A stretch of 64,000 bases of DNA from an uncultured Gammaproteobacteria bacterium (GTDB taxonomy: Bacteria > Patescibacteriota > Microgenomatia > CAZETR01 > Amesbacteraceae): positions 3,066 to 67,065 of the forward strand of contig CAYHIN010000001.1 of NCBI GenBank assembly GCA_964356705.1, in the 5' to 3' direction. The notes under the pieces are model-generated. The model saw nothing but the letters and a program-made list of their open reading frames with translations, ran no database searches and had not been told where the DNA came from. This document shows, one piece after another, positions 27,724 to 36,289 of the stretch. Both the position numbers and the translations under genes were made by a program. Position 1 is the first letter of the stretch; every line of letters starts with the position of its first letter.

Positions 27724-28167
27724 ATGCAAAAACTTCTCCAAGCTCTCAAATCCAAAAAAATCCTCGGTATTTTTATTCTCATATCTCTAGCCTGTCTTAT
27801 CTATATCATCACCGTCTCCCAAAAATCGACACCGGGCAATTTACAGCCCACTACAATTTACCCCGCCGACGGCACCAAACCCCTGCTCATGTTTCCCTCC
27901 ACCGCCGTCTCGTTTTATTTTGCTGCTCCCATCACCCTCGATATGTTCAAAGTAAAAATTGACCCTCAAATTGAGCACAAAATTCGCCTCAGTCCCGACG
28001 GACTAACTATACATATATCTCCAAATGCCAAATGGCCCACCGAAATTCCCCACACAGTCTATCTCTTAGATCCAAGCGGTAACCAGATTACCAAAACCAC
28101 AGTCACTTTTTTAGATCCTTTCAAACACCCGGAGCTTCTAGACGAACATCCTCCCGGCGGCATCTAG
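27724..28167 (+). CDS. Membrane-anchored Ig-like (Big_5-like) protein
   Basis: N-terminal TM; YPADG..VSFYF pattern. Confidence 0.55.
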   Translation: MQKLLQALKSKKILGIFILISLACLIYIITVSQKSTPGNLQPTTIYPADGTKPLLMFPSTAVSFYFAAPITLDMFKVKIDPQIEHKIRLSPDGLTIHISPNAKWPTEIPHTVYLLDPSGNQITKTTVTFLDPFKHPELLDEHPPGGI

Positions 28168-28208
28168 TCTCGTCCCCAAATACTTGATACATAATACTTA
28201 ATACAAGT

Positions 28209-29333
28209 CTAATTCCGTATAGGCATTATCAAATGAGTCAGCGTCTCATCCCCCTCTATCATCCATAGCCCCGCCACCATATTTCCATTCAATACAATCT
28301 TTATTCTCTTAGAAGTCCCCACACTACTCAAAAAATCATTCATAAATTTATAGTTAAACGCGATTTCCACATCCTCCCCTTCCATATCCACTTCCACCTC
28401 CGCCCGACTTTCTCCCGTCTGCTGCGAAGCGGCAGACACTGATAGCTTATCACTTACAACTGATAGCTTAATTATATTTCCACTATCCCGGGCAAACACT
28501 GCCACCGCTTTCATCGCTTGGCTCAAGGCCCCAGGATCCACCAAGATCACCGTTTTCTCTTCTTTGGGTATCACTCTATCAACATCCGGAAAATTCCCTT
28601 CCAAGACCCGTGCAATCAGCTCCACTTTGTCATATTCAAAAACTACTTGATTAGAAGCAGGTAGTATTCTCATCTCTACTTCTTCTTTCCTTCCGTCTCC
28701 CACTATTCTGGCCAGTTCTTGTATCGCCCTCGCCGGCAATATCAATGATTCCAGTTCGTTTGAGATTTGTGACTTGGGATTTGGGATTTGTTTACGGCTC
28801 ATTCTAAATCCATCAGTAGCCGTGACAGACATCTCACTACCCACCACACACAACTTCACCCCAGTAAGCACGGGCCTACTATCATCAATTGCAGAAGCGT
28901 AAGCCACTTCAGCAGCTATATCTTGTAATACTTGTTTATTCAGTTTTATTTTTACACCCGTCCCTTCTGTCTCCTTGGCGATCACAGTTGGATACTCAGC
29001 TGCCGCAATTCCAGCAAAAGTTGCCCCAAACTTTCCAGCTTTCACCTTCAGTTTAGACATTTCTTCAGAAAGCTCCACCGTTTCCCCTGTCAGAGTAGCT
29101 ATAAAATCAGCCAGATTTCGTGCGGGCACCGTGATCGCTCCAGCTCTTTCTACTTTTCCTCCTATTGCAACCCTCATTCCCATGTCCAGATTAGTCGCCG
29201 TTAATATGATTCCATCATCCCTCGCTTCTATATGGACATTAGCCAGTATTGGTAGCTGTCCTCGCGTCGTGATCACTTTAGAGACTATAGCCAGTCCCTT
29301 GTTTAGACTTTCTTGTAACACTGTTGCTTGCAT
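28209..29333 (-). CDS. dnaN: DNA polymerase III beta clamp
   Basis: PILANV, ATNLD, RPVLTGV, ATDGFR, FPD..RVIP, LIMPIR. Confidence 0.97.
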   Translation of the reverse strand: MQATVLQESLNKGLAIVSKVITTRGQLPILANVHIEARDDGIILTATNLDMGMRVAIGGKVERAGAITVPARNLADFIATLTGETVELSEEMSKLKVKAGKFGATFAGIAAAEYPTVIAKETEGTGVKIKLNKQVLQDIAAEVAYASAIDDSRPVLTGVKLCVVGSEMSVTATDGFRMSRKQIPNPKSQISNELESLILPARAIQELARIVGDGRKEEVEMRILPASNQVVFEYDKVELIARVLEGNFPDVDRVIPKEEKTVILVDPGALSQAMKAVAVFARDSGNIIKLSVVSDKLSVSAASQQTGESRAEVEVDMEGEDVEIAFNYKFMNDFLSSVGTSKRIKIVLNGNMVAGLWMIEGDETLTHLIMPIRN

Positions 29334-29339
29334 AACTTC

Positions 29340-29552
29340 CGTTTTCTTTTTACTTTAAACTAGTAGTAGTAATTAGTAGGCCCTGTTGATATCCGGATAA
29401 CTTTTCATTTTTCATTTCAGTTTTCGGGTTAATTCAGTGTTGATAACCTGTGCACATACTATCTGTTTTATCCCTAATAGATTGTGCATAACTTCTGCAA
29501 ACTTATACATGATACTTAATACAAAATACATAATACAAAGCTTATCCCCAAA
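29340..29552. promoter_or_regulatory. oriC: Putative oriC: DnaA boxes, GC-rich spacer and DnaA-trios
   Basis: Minus strand TTATCCGGA-TATCAACA-GGGCC-TACTAATTACTACTACTA (29400-29361); other boxes TGTTGATAA, TGTGCATAA, TTATCCCCA; lies between dnaA and dnaN. Confidence 0.8.
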
Positions 29553-30914
29553 TTATACCCCAACTATCCTCTTTCTAATCTCCCTGACTTCAGAGGCAAT
29601 TCTCTCATCCTCTTCAATCATCAGCTCGACCTTGTTGGACCCATGCAGCACTGTTGTGTGGTCGCGTCCTCCGATCATTCTCCCTGCTTCTTCCAAAGAC
29701 AGCCGCATTATTTTGTGTAAAAAATACATGAGCACTTGTCTGGGCCACGCAACAGCTTTAGTTCGTCTCTCTCCTTTTATTTGCTGGACCCCCACTCCAT
29801 AGAAGCCGCTGATGATGTTTATCATCTCAGTCGGCGTCATAAGCCTCGTGGTATTTTCACTCTGATGTTTTATTTTTAACAAAGTCGAGATCAGTTCAGA
29901 ATTCAGTTCCCGTTTTGCAAACACTAGTTCAGTGTTTAGTTTTGTCAGAAATCCCTCCAGTTCCCTCACTCCCTCTATCTCTGCAGCCACCATTTGCGCG
30001 AGTTTCATGTCCAGATTGATATTGCGCTGCTTGGCTTTAATGAGAAGTATGGCCGTCCTCAGTTCAAAATTTGGCTGCCCTACATCCACGATCAATCCCG
30101 CCCCAAACCGGCTCTTTAGTCTTTCCTCCAGCTTTACGATCTCAGTCGGTGGTCGGTCTGAGGTCATCACTATTTGTCCCCCTTCTTTTTGGATAGTGTT
30201 AAACGTGTGGAAAAATTCTTCCTGTACCGTAGGTTTTCCAGCAATAAATTGCACATCATCGATCATCAGCACTTTCACTTTTCTATACTTTGCTCTCACT
30301 TTCTCAGTCGATTTGAGTCTAATCGCTTCGACTAGATCGTTGGTAAACTCTTCTCCCGAGCAAAACAGCACCGGATATCCAGTCTGGCTCAATACGTGGG
30401 CTCCAATAGATTGCATCAAATGCGTTTTCCCCACTCCCACTCCACCATAAATAAATAGTGGGTTATAAGCCAGTCCCGGTTTGGCGGCCACCGCCTGGGC
30501 TGCCGCAAACGCCATCTGATTACTTCCCCCCACAGCGTAATTTTCAAAGGTGTAGTCTTCACGCAAGTTGGCTCGACGGACAGCCGCTATGTCCATCTTT
30601 TTTTCATCAAACAACGGACCGATCGGTTCTTGGGACTTGGGGTTTGGGATTTGGGATTTGATTTTAATTATTACTTCACACTTTCTTTTCAGTTGGGCTT
30701 CCAATTCCAGCGCAATCTGGCCCGAAAATCTGCTATCTAGATTATTTTTCTTCATAGGCGTGTCACACCCCACCGCACACACCAGCTTCTCCCCAGCTTC
30801 AGTAATCGACATCAAAGTCGTTTTCTTAAAAAACACATTAAAAGACCCGTCGCTCAAGGACAATCTCAATGCCTCCAACACACTCCCCCAAACTTTTTCC
30901 AAATCGTACTGCAC
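29553..30914 (-). CDS. dnaA: Chromosomal replication initiator
   Basis: YTFENY, YNPLFIYGGVGVGKTHL, IDDVQF, GGRDHTTVLH. Confidence 0.98.
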   Translation of the reverse strand: MQYDLEKVWGSVLEALRLSLSDGSFNVFFKKTTLMSITEAGEKLVCAVGCDTPMKKNNLDSRFSGQIALELEAQLKRKCEVIIKIKSQIPNPKSQEPIGPLFDEKKMDIAAVRRANLREDYTFENYAVGGSNQMAFAAAQAVAAKPGLAYNPLFIYGGVGVGKTHLMQSIGAHVLSQTGYPVLFCSGEEFTNDLVEAIRLKSTEKVRAKYRKVKVLMIDDVQFIAGKPTVQEEFFHTFNTIQKEGGQIVMTSDRPPTEIVKLEERLKSRFGAGLIVDVGQPNFELRTAILLIKAKQRNINLDMKLAQMVAAEIEGVRELEGFLTKLNTELVFAKRELNSELISTLLKIKHQSENTTRLMTPTEMINIISGFYGVGVQQIKGERRTKAVAWPRQVLMYFLHKIMRLSLEEAGRMIGGRDHTTVLHGSNKVELMIEEDERIASEVREIRKRIVGV

Positions 30915-30961
30915 ACCGCACTTTTACACTAGATATCCACAATTTTACAAGTCCCCTATAT

Positions 30962-31519
30962 TCAAATAGTCTCTGGTTGTTCCAGAACTAATTTTGGAGG
31001 AATCAATCTCGCAAACTCCGAAGCAACCCTCATACCATGTAATACAGGGCTAGTTTCATTAGCTGGTACTCTCTCTCTTGCTATCGCAACCCCCACCAGT
31101 AGATTTTTAGCAAATTCACTTCTGTTCACTATTTGCATAGGACCAAAACTCGCGTCGTGTTCAGTTCTTGTCCACGCATTGGCAAATTCCTGTCTTACAC
31201 TCAAATATCTCTTCACAGCTCGATCAACAAACTCTCCTTTGTCCATAGCTGTTTGTCTATCCAATTGAAGTCTCTCGTTTTTGGAAAATTTTTGAACAAT
31301 TCCATGTCTGTCTACCCAATCCATCCCTTGTCTATAATAAACACCCTCGTTCTTTTTTGAATCCTTAACTATTGCATTGCTAATTGCACTAACCTGTTCT
31401 CTGCTCCACCCTTTTTGAGTAAGTGGACCATCTATTTCAAGTTTCAATTCTGACTCGCTTTTCCCCAGCCACCTTCCTGCTTCAACTCGTGGATTATTCA
31501 GATCTTCACCAGCACCCAT
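30962..31519 (-). CDS. Hypothetical protein
   Basis: 185-aa ORF with -10-like box just upstream. Confidence 0.6.
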   Translation of the reverse strand: MGAGEDLNNPRVEAGRWLGKSESELKLEIDGPLTQKGWSREQVSAISNAIVKDSKKNEGVYYRQGMDWVDRHGIVQKFSKNERLQLDRQTAMDKGEFVDRAVKRYLSVRQEFANAWTRTEHDASFGPMQIVNRSEFAKNLLVGVAIARERVPANETSPVLHGMRVASEFARLIPPKLVLEQPETI

Positions 31520-31540
31520 ACATCGAGTATTATAGTATTC

Positions 31541-31864
31541 GTGTTGATAATTTCAACTATTTCTCCCGATAAATTATTTTGTAAGGTCGCTTTTGATTCA
31601 GATTTCAACCCCACAATCATTAGCTCAAACGAGGAATTTCAAGTATATGTTCAAAAAGTATTAACAGATATAGTAAACACCCATCCTACTCTGCCCTTAA
31701 TGTCAGGCCAAGAAGAAATATCCGCCGGAACAATTATCAACAAAACAATAGTTAGCCAGATACACAAAACCTCACCACAATACAAACTAGCTTTGGTCGA
31801 CTTCTTTAACAACCAAAAATACACATTTCACGGCTCTAGAGTCTTGATTGACATTATTAGATAA
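31541..31864 (+). CDS. Hypothetical protein
   Basis: 107-aa ORF filling the gap. Confidence 0.5.
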   Translation: MLIISTISPDKLFCKVAFDSDFNPTIISSNEEFQVYVQKVLTDIVNTHPTLPLMSGQEEISAGTIINKTIVSQIHKTSPQYKLALVDFFNNQKYTFHGSRVLIDIIR

Positions 31865-31872
31865 CCCTTAGC

Positions 31873-32199
31873 CTACAGCATTGACCCCAGCGTACCAGGA
31901 TCTTTCATAAAATCACAAAAAGCCTCAAATCTCTTTTGAATCCTCTGGTCACCCTTTATCGTCTTGGTAATTTCGTTCGCGACCTCATCTCTCCGCTTTT
32001 TTAGATCATTTAGCCAAATATGATCAACAGTTCCAGGCGCTGAACTTAGCACTTCCACATCAAGTAAAAAGTTGAAGCTGCGCTCCGCAGTTCTCAACTG
32101 AGCCCAATACTTTGGGTCCGGTGAGTTTTTCTGAGCCATCTCCTCCAACCATACCAGTAATTCGTCCAAAACCTGCTTTCTATCCACTCCCATTGTCAT
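31873..32199 (-). CDS. Hypothetical protein
   Basis: 108-aa ORF. Confidence 0.55.
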   Translation of the reverse strand: MTMGVDRKQVLDELLVWLEEMAQKNSPDPKYWAQLRTAERSFNFLLDVEVLSSAPGTVDHIWLNDLKKRRDEVANEITKTIKGDQRIQKRFEAFCDFMKDPGTLGSML

Positions 32200-32222
32200 A
32201 ACTATACCCAGAAGATATAATC

Positions 32223-32510
32223 ATGTCTATGGAGTTATCACTCGAAGAAAGAATAGCCGCAGCCGCACCGGCAGACGAAACCACCCTGCCCGCTCAAGAG
32301 GATGGAGATGAAAATGTTGGCGATGTGCTCAGAGTCGAACTACCTACACCTCCTAATACACTTGATCAAATAATTTCTAAAGCAGCCGCACCAGCTGGTT
32401 CTGCACCGACTCCAATTTCTATGAATACTGAACTTCGCAATCAATTACCACGAGTTTCTCCTCTGGAAGAAAGGATAGTTGCCGCAGCCCCAGCTGCTCC
32501 AACCCAATAA
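32223..32510 (+). CDS. Hypothetical low-complexity protein with LEERIxAAAPA repeats
   Basis: Internal repeat; TATAAT just upstream. Confidence 0.55.
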   Translation: MSMELSLEERIAAAAPADETTLPAQEDGDENVGDVLRVELPTPPNTLDQIISKAAAPAGSAPTPISMNTELRNQLPRVSPLEERIVAAAPAAPTQ

Positions 32511-32514
32511 ACCT

Positions 32515-32658
32515 ATGGCAATGAAGCATACCTGGCAACCCAAGAAGCTCAAAAGAGCCCGAAAGCACGGCTTTAGATCTCGCATGTCCACTCGCACCGG
32601 TCAAAACGTCATCAAACGCAGAAGAGCCATCGGCCGCAAAAGACTAGTCACCATATAA
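32515..32658 (+). CDS. rpmH: 50S ribosomal protein L34 (absent from ORF track)
   Basis: Translates [47 protein letters not shown]; TAATG overlap with rnpA. Confidence 0.96.
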   Translation: MAMKHTWQPKKLKRARKHGFRSRMSTRTGQNVIKRRRAIGRKRLVTI

Positions 32659-32969
32659 TGCTCGCAAAACAATATAGGTTGAGTCGCAAAGATTTTCTTC
32701 TGGTCAAAAAATCCGGCACCAAAGTTTCCATCCCCAATGCCAAACTAATCTATTCACCCAACACTCTCCCACATAGCCGTTTCTCTGTCGTCGTTTCCAA
32801 ACAATATTCCAAATCAGCCGTCGCCCGCAATCACTTCCGTCGCGAAATCTACTCACTACTCACTTCCCACTACTCACCACCAATCGATATAATTATTTAC
32901 CCCTTCAATGAAAAAATTATTCCTGGCCTTAATCAGGCTCTATTGGGTCTTACCGCTCGCCAGTCATAG
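32658..32969 (+). CDS. rnpA: RNase P protein component
   Basis: [24 protein letters not shown]; synteny. Confidence 0.9.
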   Translation: MLAKQYRLSRKDFLLVKKSGTKVSIPNAKLIYSPNTLPHSRFSVVVSKQYSKSAVARNHFRREIYSLLTSHYSPPIDIIIYPFNEKIIPGLNQALLGLTARQS

Positions 32970-33114
32970 TGCCTGTCGGTTCACCCCGACTTGTTCCCAC
33001 TACACCTATCAAGCTATAGATAAATACGGTATACTTCGTGGCAGCCTTTTGGGACTAAAACGAATTCTTCGTTGCCATCCAGGTACACCCGCTGGTCCCG
33101 ACCCGTTATTTTAA
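32908..33114 (+). CDS. yidD: Membrane protein insertion efficiency factor
   Basis: [22 protein letters not shown]. Confidence 0.93.
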   Translation: MKKLFLALIRLYWVLPLASHSACRFTPTCSHYTYQAIDKYGILRGSLLGLKRILRCHPGTPAGPDPLF

Positions 33115-33150
33115 ATACATAATACTTAATACAAGATACTTGATACATTT

Positions 33151-33963
33151 ATGTTAGAACTCTGGAACCAACTACTCTATTTTCCTTTAGTAAACTCCCT
33201 TGTCTGGTTACATCAGCTCACAGGTAGTCTGGGTTGGGCCATCGTTATTCTGACAGCCGGCCTCAGAGTCGCCATGACTCCTCTTATTCTTCCCGGACTC
33301 AAGTTGAGTAAAAAAGTCCAAGAGTTGTCGCCAGAACTGGCGAAACTCAAAGAAAAATACAAAGACGACAAGACTGCTCTCATGACCGCCCAAGCCGAGC
33401 TGTACAAGCAGCATGGAGCAAACCCAGCTTCCGGTTGTTTGCCTCAGATCGTCCAGATAGTTCTTCTCATTGCCCTTTTCAATTCGCTCAATTCAGTTCT
33501 CAAGCCAAATGGCCAAACAGTAGCCGAGCACTTAAATCCTATTTTGTACAAGTTCAATCAGCTTCCAAAAGACTTCCAGCTCAATACCCATTTTATGTAT
33601 ATCGACATGGGTAAACCCGATGTATTTAGGATTCCCGGTCTCCCCATTCCTCTTCCCGGTCTTTTTGTCATAGCCGCAGCCCTTCTCCAAGTTGTTACGT
33701 CAAAGATGATGTCTCCGGCTACCAAAGCCGAAAAGAAAATCGTGACTACCACCCCCGCCGAGTCAGACGACGCTATGCAGGCCGCTTCCCAGCAGATGCT
33801 CTTTATGATGCCGCTTATGATCGTCATTTTTGGTATGCAGTTCCCATCTGGTCTTGCCATTTATCAGTTGGCTTTGACCGTCGTCAGTCTCGTTCAGCAG
33901 TATCTGGCTACAGGATGGGGCGGGATGAAGCCTTACCTTTTGAAGCTAAATCTGGTAAAATGA
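33151..33963 (+). CDS. yidC: YidC/Oxa1 membrane insertase
   Basis: GWAIVILT, NPASGCLP.IVQ, PSGLAIY. Confidence 0.93.
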   Translation: MLELWNQLLYFPLVNSLVWLHQLTGSLGWAIVILTAGLRVAMTPLILPGLKLSKKVQELSPELAKLKEKYKDDKTALMTAQAELYKQHGANPASGCLPQIVQIVLLIALFNSLNSVLKPNGQTVAEHLNPILYKFNQLPKDFQLNTHFMYIDMGKPDVFRIPGLPIPLPGLFVIAAALLQVVTSKMMSPATKAEKKIVTTTPAESDDAMQAASQQMLFMMPLMIVIFGMQFPSGLAIYQLALTVVSLVQQYLATGWGGMKPYLLKLNLVK

Positions 33964-33967
33964 GATC

Positions 33968-34447
33968 ATGGAAGACCAAACCCAAGATATTCTAAAGATC
34001 AGCCAAGATCTCCTCTCTTTTCTCAGCGTAGCTGACGACACTACTGTCGAAGTCAGCTTCAATAGTGAAGAAAATACCTACAGCATTGCCATCCAGACCC
34101 AAAACCCCTCCCTTCTTATTGGCTACCACGGCGAAAATCTTGCCGCCATGCAAAACATCATTTCTCAGCACGTTTTTGCCAAGCAGAGTTCCTGGCCTAC
34201 TCTGACTATAAATGTAAATGATTACCGGGAAAAGAGATTGACCGCCGTCACTGCTCTGGCCGACTCAGCCGTCTCCCGCGTGATAGCTACCGGTCAGGCC
34301 CACTCTCTTCCTCCCATGCCAGCCAATGAGCGCAGATTAGTCCACATGCACTTACAAGATCATCCCCAAGTCACGACGGCCTCCGAAGGCATCGGTCGTT
34401 CCCGCGGCATCATCATCTCCCCCAAACCAGAAACAGTGTCATCCTGA
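33968..34447 (+). CDS. jag: Jag/EloR (KH + R3H) RNA-binding protein
   Basis: LIGYHGENL, PMPANERRLVH; synteny. Confidence 0.88.
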   Translation: MEDQTQDILKISQDLLSFLSVADDTTVEVSFNSEENTYSIAIQTQNPSLLIGYHGENLAAMQNIISQHVFAKQSSWPTLTINVNDYREKRLTAVTALADSAVSRVIATGQAHSLPPMPANERRLVHMHLQDHPQVTTASEGIGRSRGIIISPKPETVSS

Positions 34448-34465
34448 GCGCAGCGAAGGATCCAG
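34438..34465 (+). repeat. REP-like family GTCATCCTGAG..GAAGGATCCAG; relatives at 21965, 35022-35084, 36060-36100, 39233-39261, 42673-42699, 42997-43025, 51753-51780, 52253-52281
   Basis: Recurrent motif; copies at 39233 and 42997 are identical over about 32 bp. Confidence 0.85.
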
Positions 34466-34478
34466 TATAATTCCAAAA

Positions 34479-35651
34479 GTGCTCCTGTTTTTTTTAATTC
34501 TTTTTCTCCCATCCCAATTAGCATTTCACTTCTGGCCGGAGTGGTCATATCTTTTCGGCACTCGCATCGACTATCTCTCCCCCACTCTTTATCTCACCGA
34601 TCTTATAATCATCCCCCTCATTCTTCTCATAAGACCAAAAATAAAAATACCTCTCGTTCTCTTAATCTTCGTCGTCTTCAACATTTTATTTTCTTTGTCA
34701 CCCATGGTGACCATCTACAAATGGCTCCGCGTTCTTGAATACTGCTTATTATTTTTATCTCTAAAAAAGAGTTTAGAGTTTAGAGTTTTGAATTTAGGAT
34801 TTAGTCTCGCAATATTATGGACTTCCCTCCTCGCCTGGTTCCAGTTTATATCCCAGTCCTCAATAGGCGGCTTCTGGTACTGGCTCGGCGAGCGAACATT
34901 CAATATAGTTACTCCCAGCATCGCAAAGTTTTCTATCTTAGGTCATGAGTATCTACGAGCATATTCTACTTTTCCTCACCCAAATGCCCTCGCTGGTTTT
35001 TTATTAGTCGGCGCTTTGCTTATCATTCTGAGTGAAACGAAGAATCCAGAAAACCCTAGATCCTTCACTGCGTTCAGGATGACATCGAAACTAGCGTTAA
35101 CAATTGCCCTCCTCACCATCCCCCTCACATTCTCCCGCACCGCCATCTTTCTCGAAATATTATTAATAATTTATTTATTTATTCCAAAATTCAAAAAAGT
35201 ATTGATAATTCTTTCACTCCTTACTCTCACTACATATCTCACCACACACTACTCACAACTTTCTACTTCGTTAACTGATCGCATGTGGCTCATTGAAAAA
35301 AGTGTCATAGCTATCCAAAAATCCCCTATTATGGGTCTCGGTCTGGGTAGTTTTCCAGTCTTTCAACCCCATTTATCCTCTCCCTCTTTCGCGCTTCAGT
35401 TCCAGCCAGTCCACAATATATTTTTACTACTTATTAGCGAACTCGGCCTCCCCTTCTCCCTATTTATTACTTTCAATGTGGTCAAAAAAGCAATTCGTCT
35501 TAGCACTTCGCACTTAGCGCTTCGCGCTGCAATCCTAGTGATCGCAATCACTGGGATGGTCGATCACTACTGGCTCACCATCCACCAAAACACTCTATTA
35601 CTAGTGTTATTATTAGCACTATTAAAATCAAAGCTAACAGCCGATGACTAA
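34479..35651 (+). CDS. O-antigen ligase (Wzy_C) family membrane protein
   Basis: RAYSTFPHPNALAG, TFSRTA, GLGLG, PVHNIFLL..ELG. Confidence 0.85.
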   Translation: MLLFFLILFLPSQLAFHFWPEWSYLFGTRIDYLSPTLYLTDLIIIPLILLIRPKIKIPLVLLIFVVFNILFSLSPMVTIYKWLRVLEYCLLFLSLKKSLEFRVLNLGFSLAILWTSLLAWFQFISQSSIGGFWYWLGERTFNIVTPSIAKFSILGHEYLRAYSTFPHPNALAGFLLVGALLIILSETKNPENPRSFTAFRMTSKLALTIALLTIPLTFSRTAIFLEILLIIYLFIPKFKKVLIILSLLTLTTYLTTHYSQLSTSLTDRMWLIEKSVIAIQKSPIMGLGLGSFPVFQPHLSSPSFALQFQPVHNIFLLLISELGLPFSLFITFNVVKKAIRLSTSHLALRAAILVIAITGMVDHYWLTIHQNTLLLVLLLALLKSKLTADD

Positions 35652-36069
35652 CGACTCAATTTCAATATTTACCGATGGCGGCTCTCGTGGCAATCCAGGT
35701 CCAGCAGCCAGCGCCTTTATCATCTACGACTCATCAAACACTACTCTTCATCAACATGGTTTTTACCTAGGGATAGCGACAAACAACCAAGCCGAATACC
35801 AAGCCGTCATAGAGGCACTGAAGTATATACGTGATACTTTATACGAAATACATAATACAAACTTCTATCTCGATTCCGAGCTCGTCGTCAAGCAGCTCAG
35901 AGGCGAATACAAGATCAAAGATCCAAATCTTCAAACCAAATCTCAAGAGATCAAAAATATCATTTTCCTTCTTCCTTCTAATTCAGTTCGTTTTACTCAC
36001 GTACCTCGTGAACAAAATTCCGCCGCCGACGCACTTGTAAACAAAACCCTCGATAGCTTGTCATCCTGA
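35644..36069 (+). CDS. rnhA: Ribonuclease HI
   Basis: TDGGSRGNPGPA, TNNQAEY, DSELVV, HVPREQN..AD. Confidence 0.93.
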   Translation: MTNDSISIFTDGGSRGNPGPAASAFIIYDSSNTTLHQHGFYLGIATNNQAEYQAVIEALKYIRDTLYEIHNTNFYLDSELVVKQLRGEYKIKDPNLQTKSQEIKNIIFLLPSNSVRFTHVPREQNSAADALVNKTLDSLSS

Positions 36070-36289
36070 CACTGAGCGAAGTCGAAGTGGAAGGACCCAG
36101 TCCTCATTAAGAAAAAGACATCAAATTCCCCGCGTTTCTTAGCCAGCGGTAGTTTCACGTTTTATGTACTGACATAAATAGAATTGATGCAGGCATAAAT
36201 CATCGACAGTTACAAAGCTAAGAAATTCGTAATGACACAATATATGTAGATCTTCTACATTTACCGCTACTTGGTATACAATCAATAGG

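Noticed and set aside
32419-32604. 61-aa minus-strand ORF
   Set aside because: Antisense to rpmH.
36235-36249. NrdR-box-like ACACAATATATGTAG
   Set aside because: The right half mismatches consensus, there is no tandem box and no nrd gene nearby.
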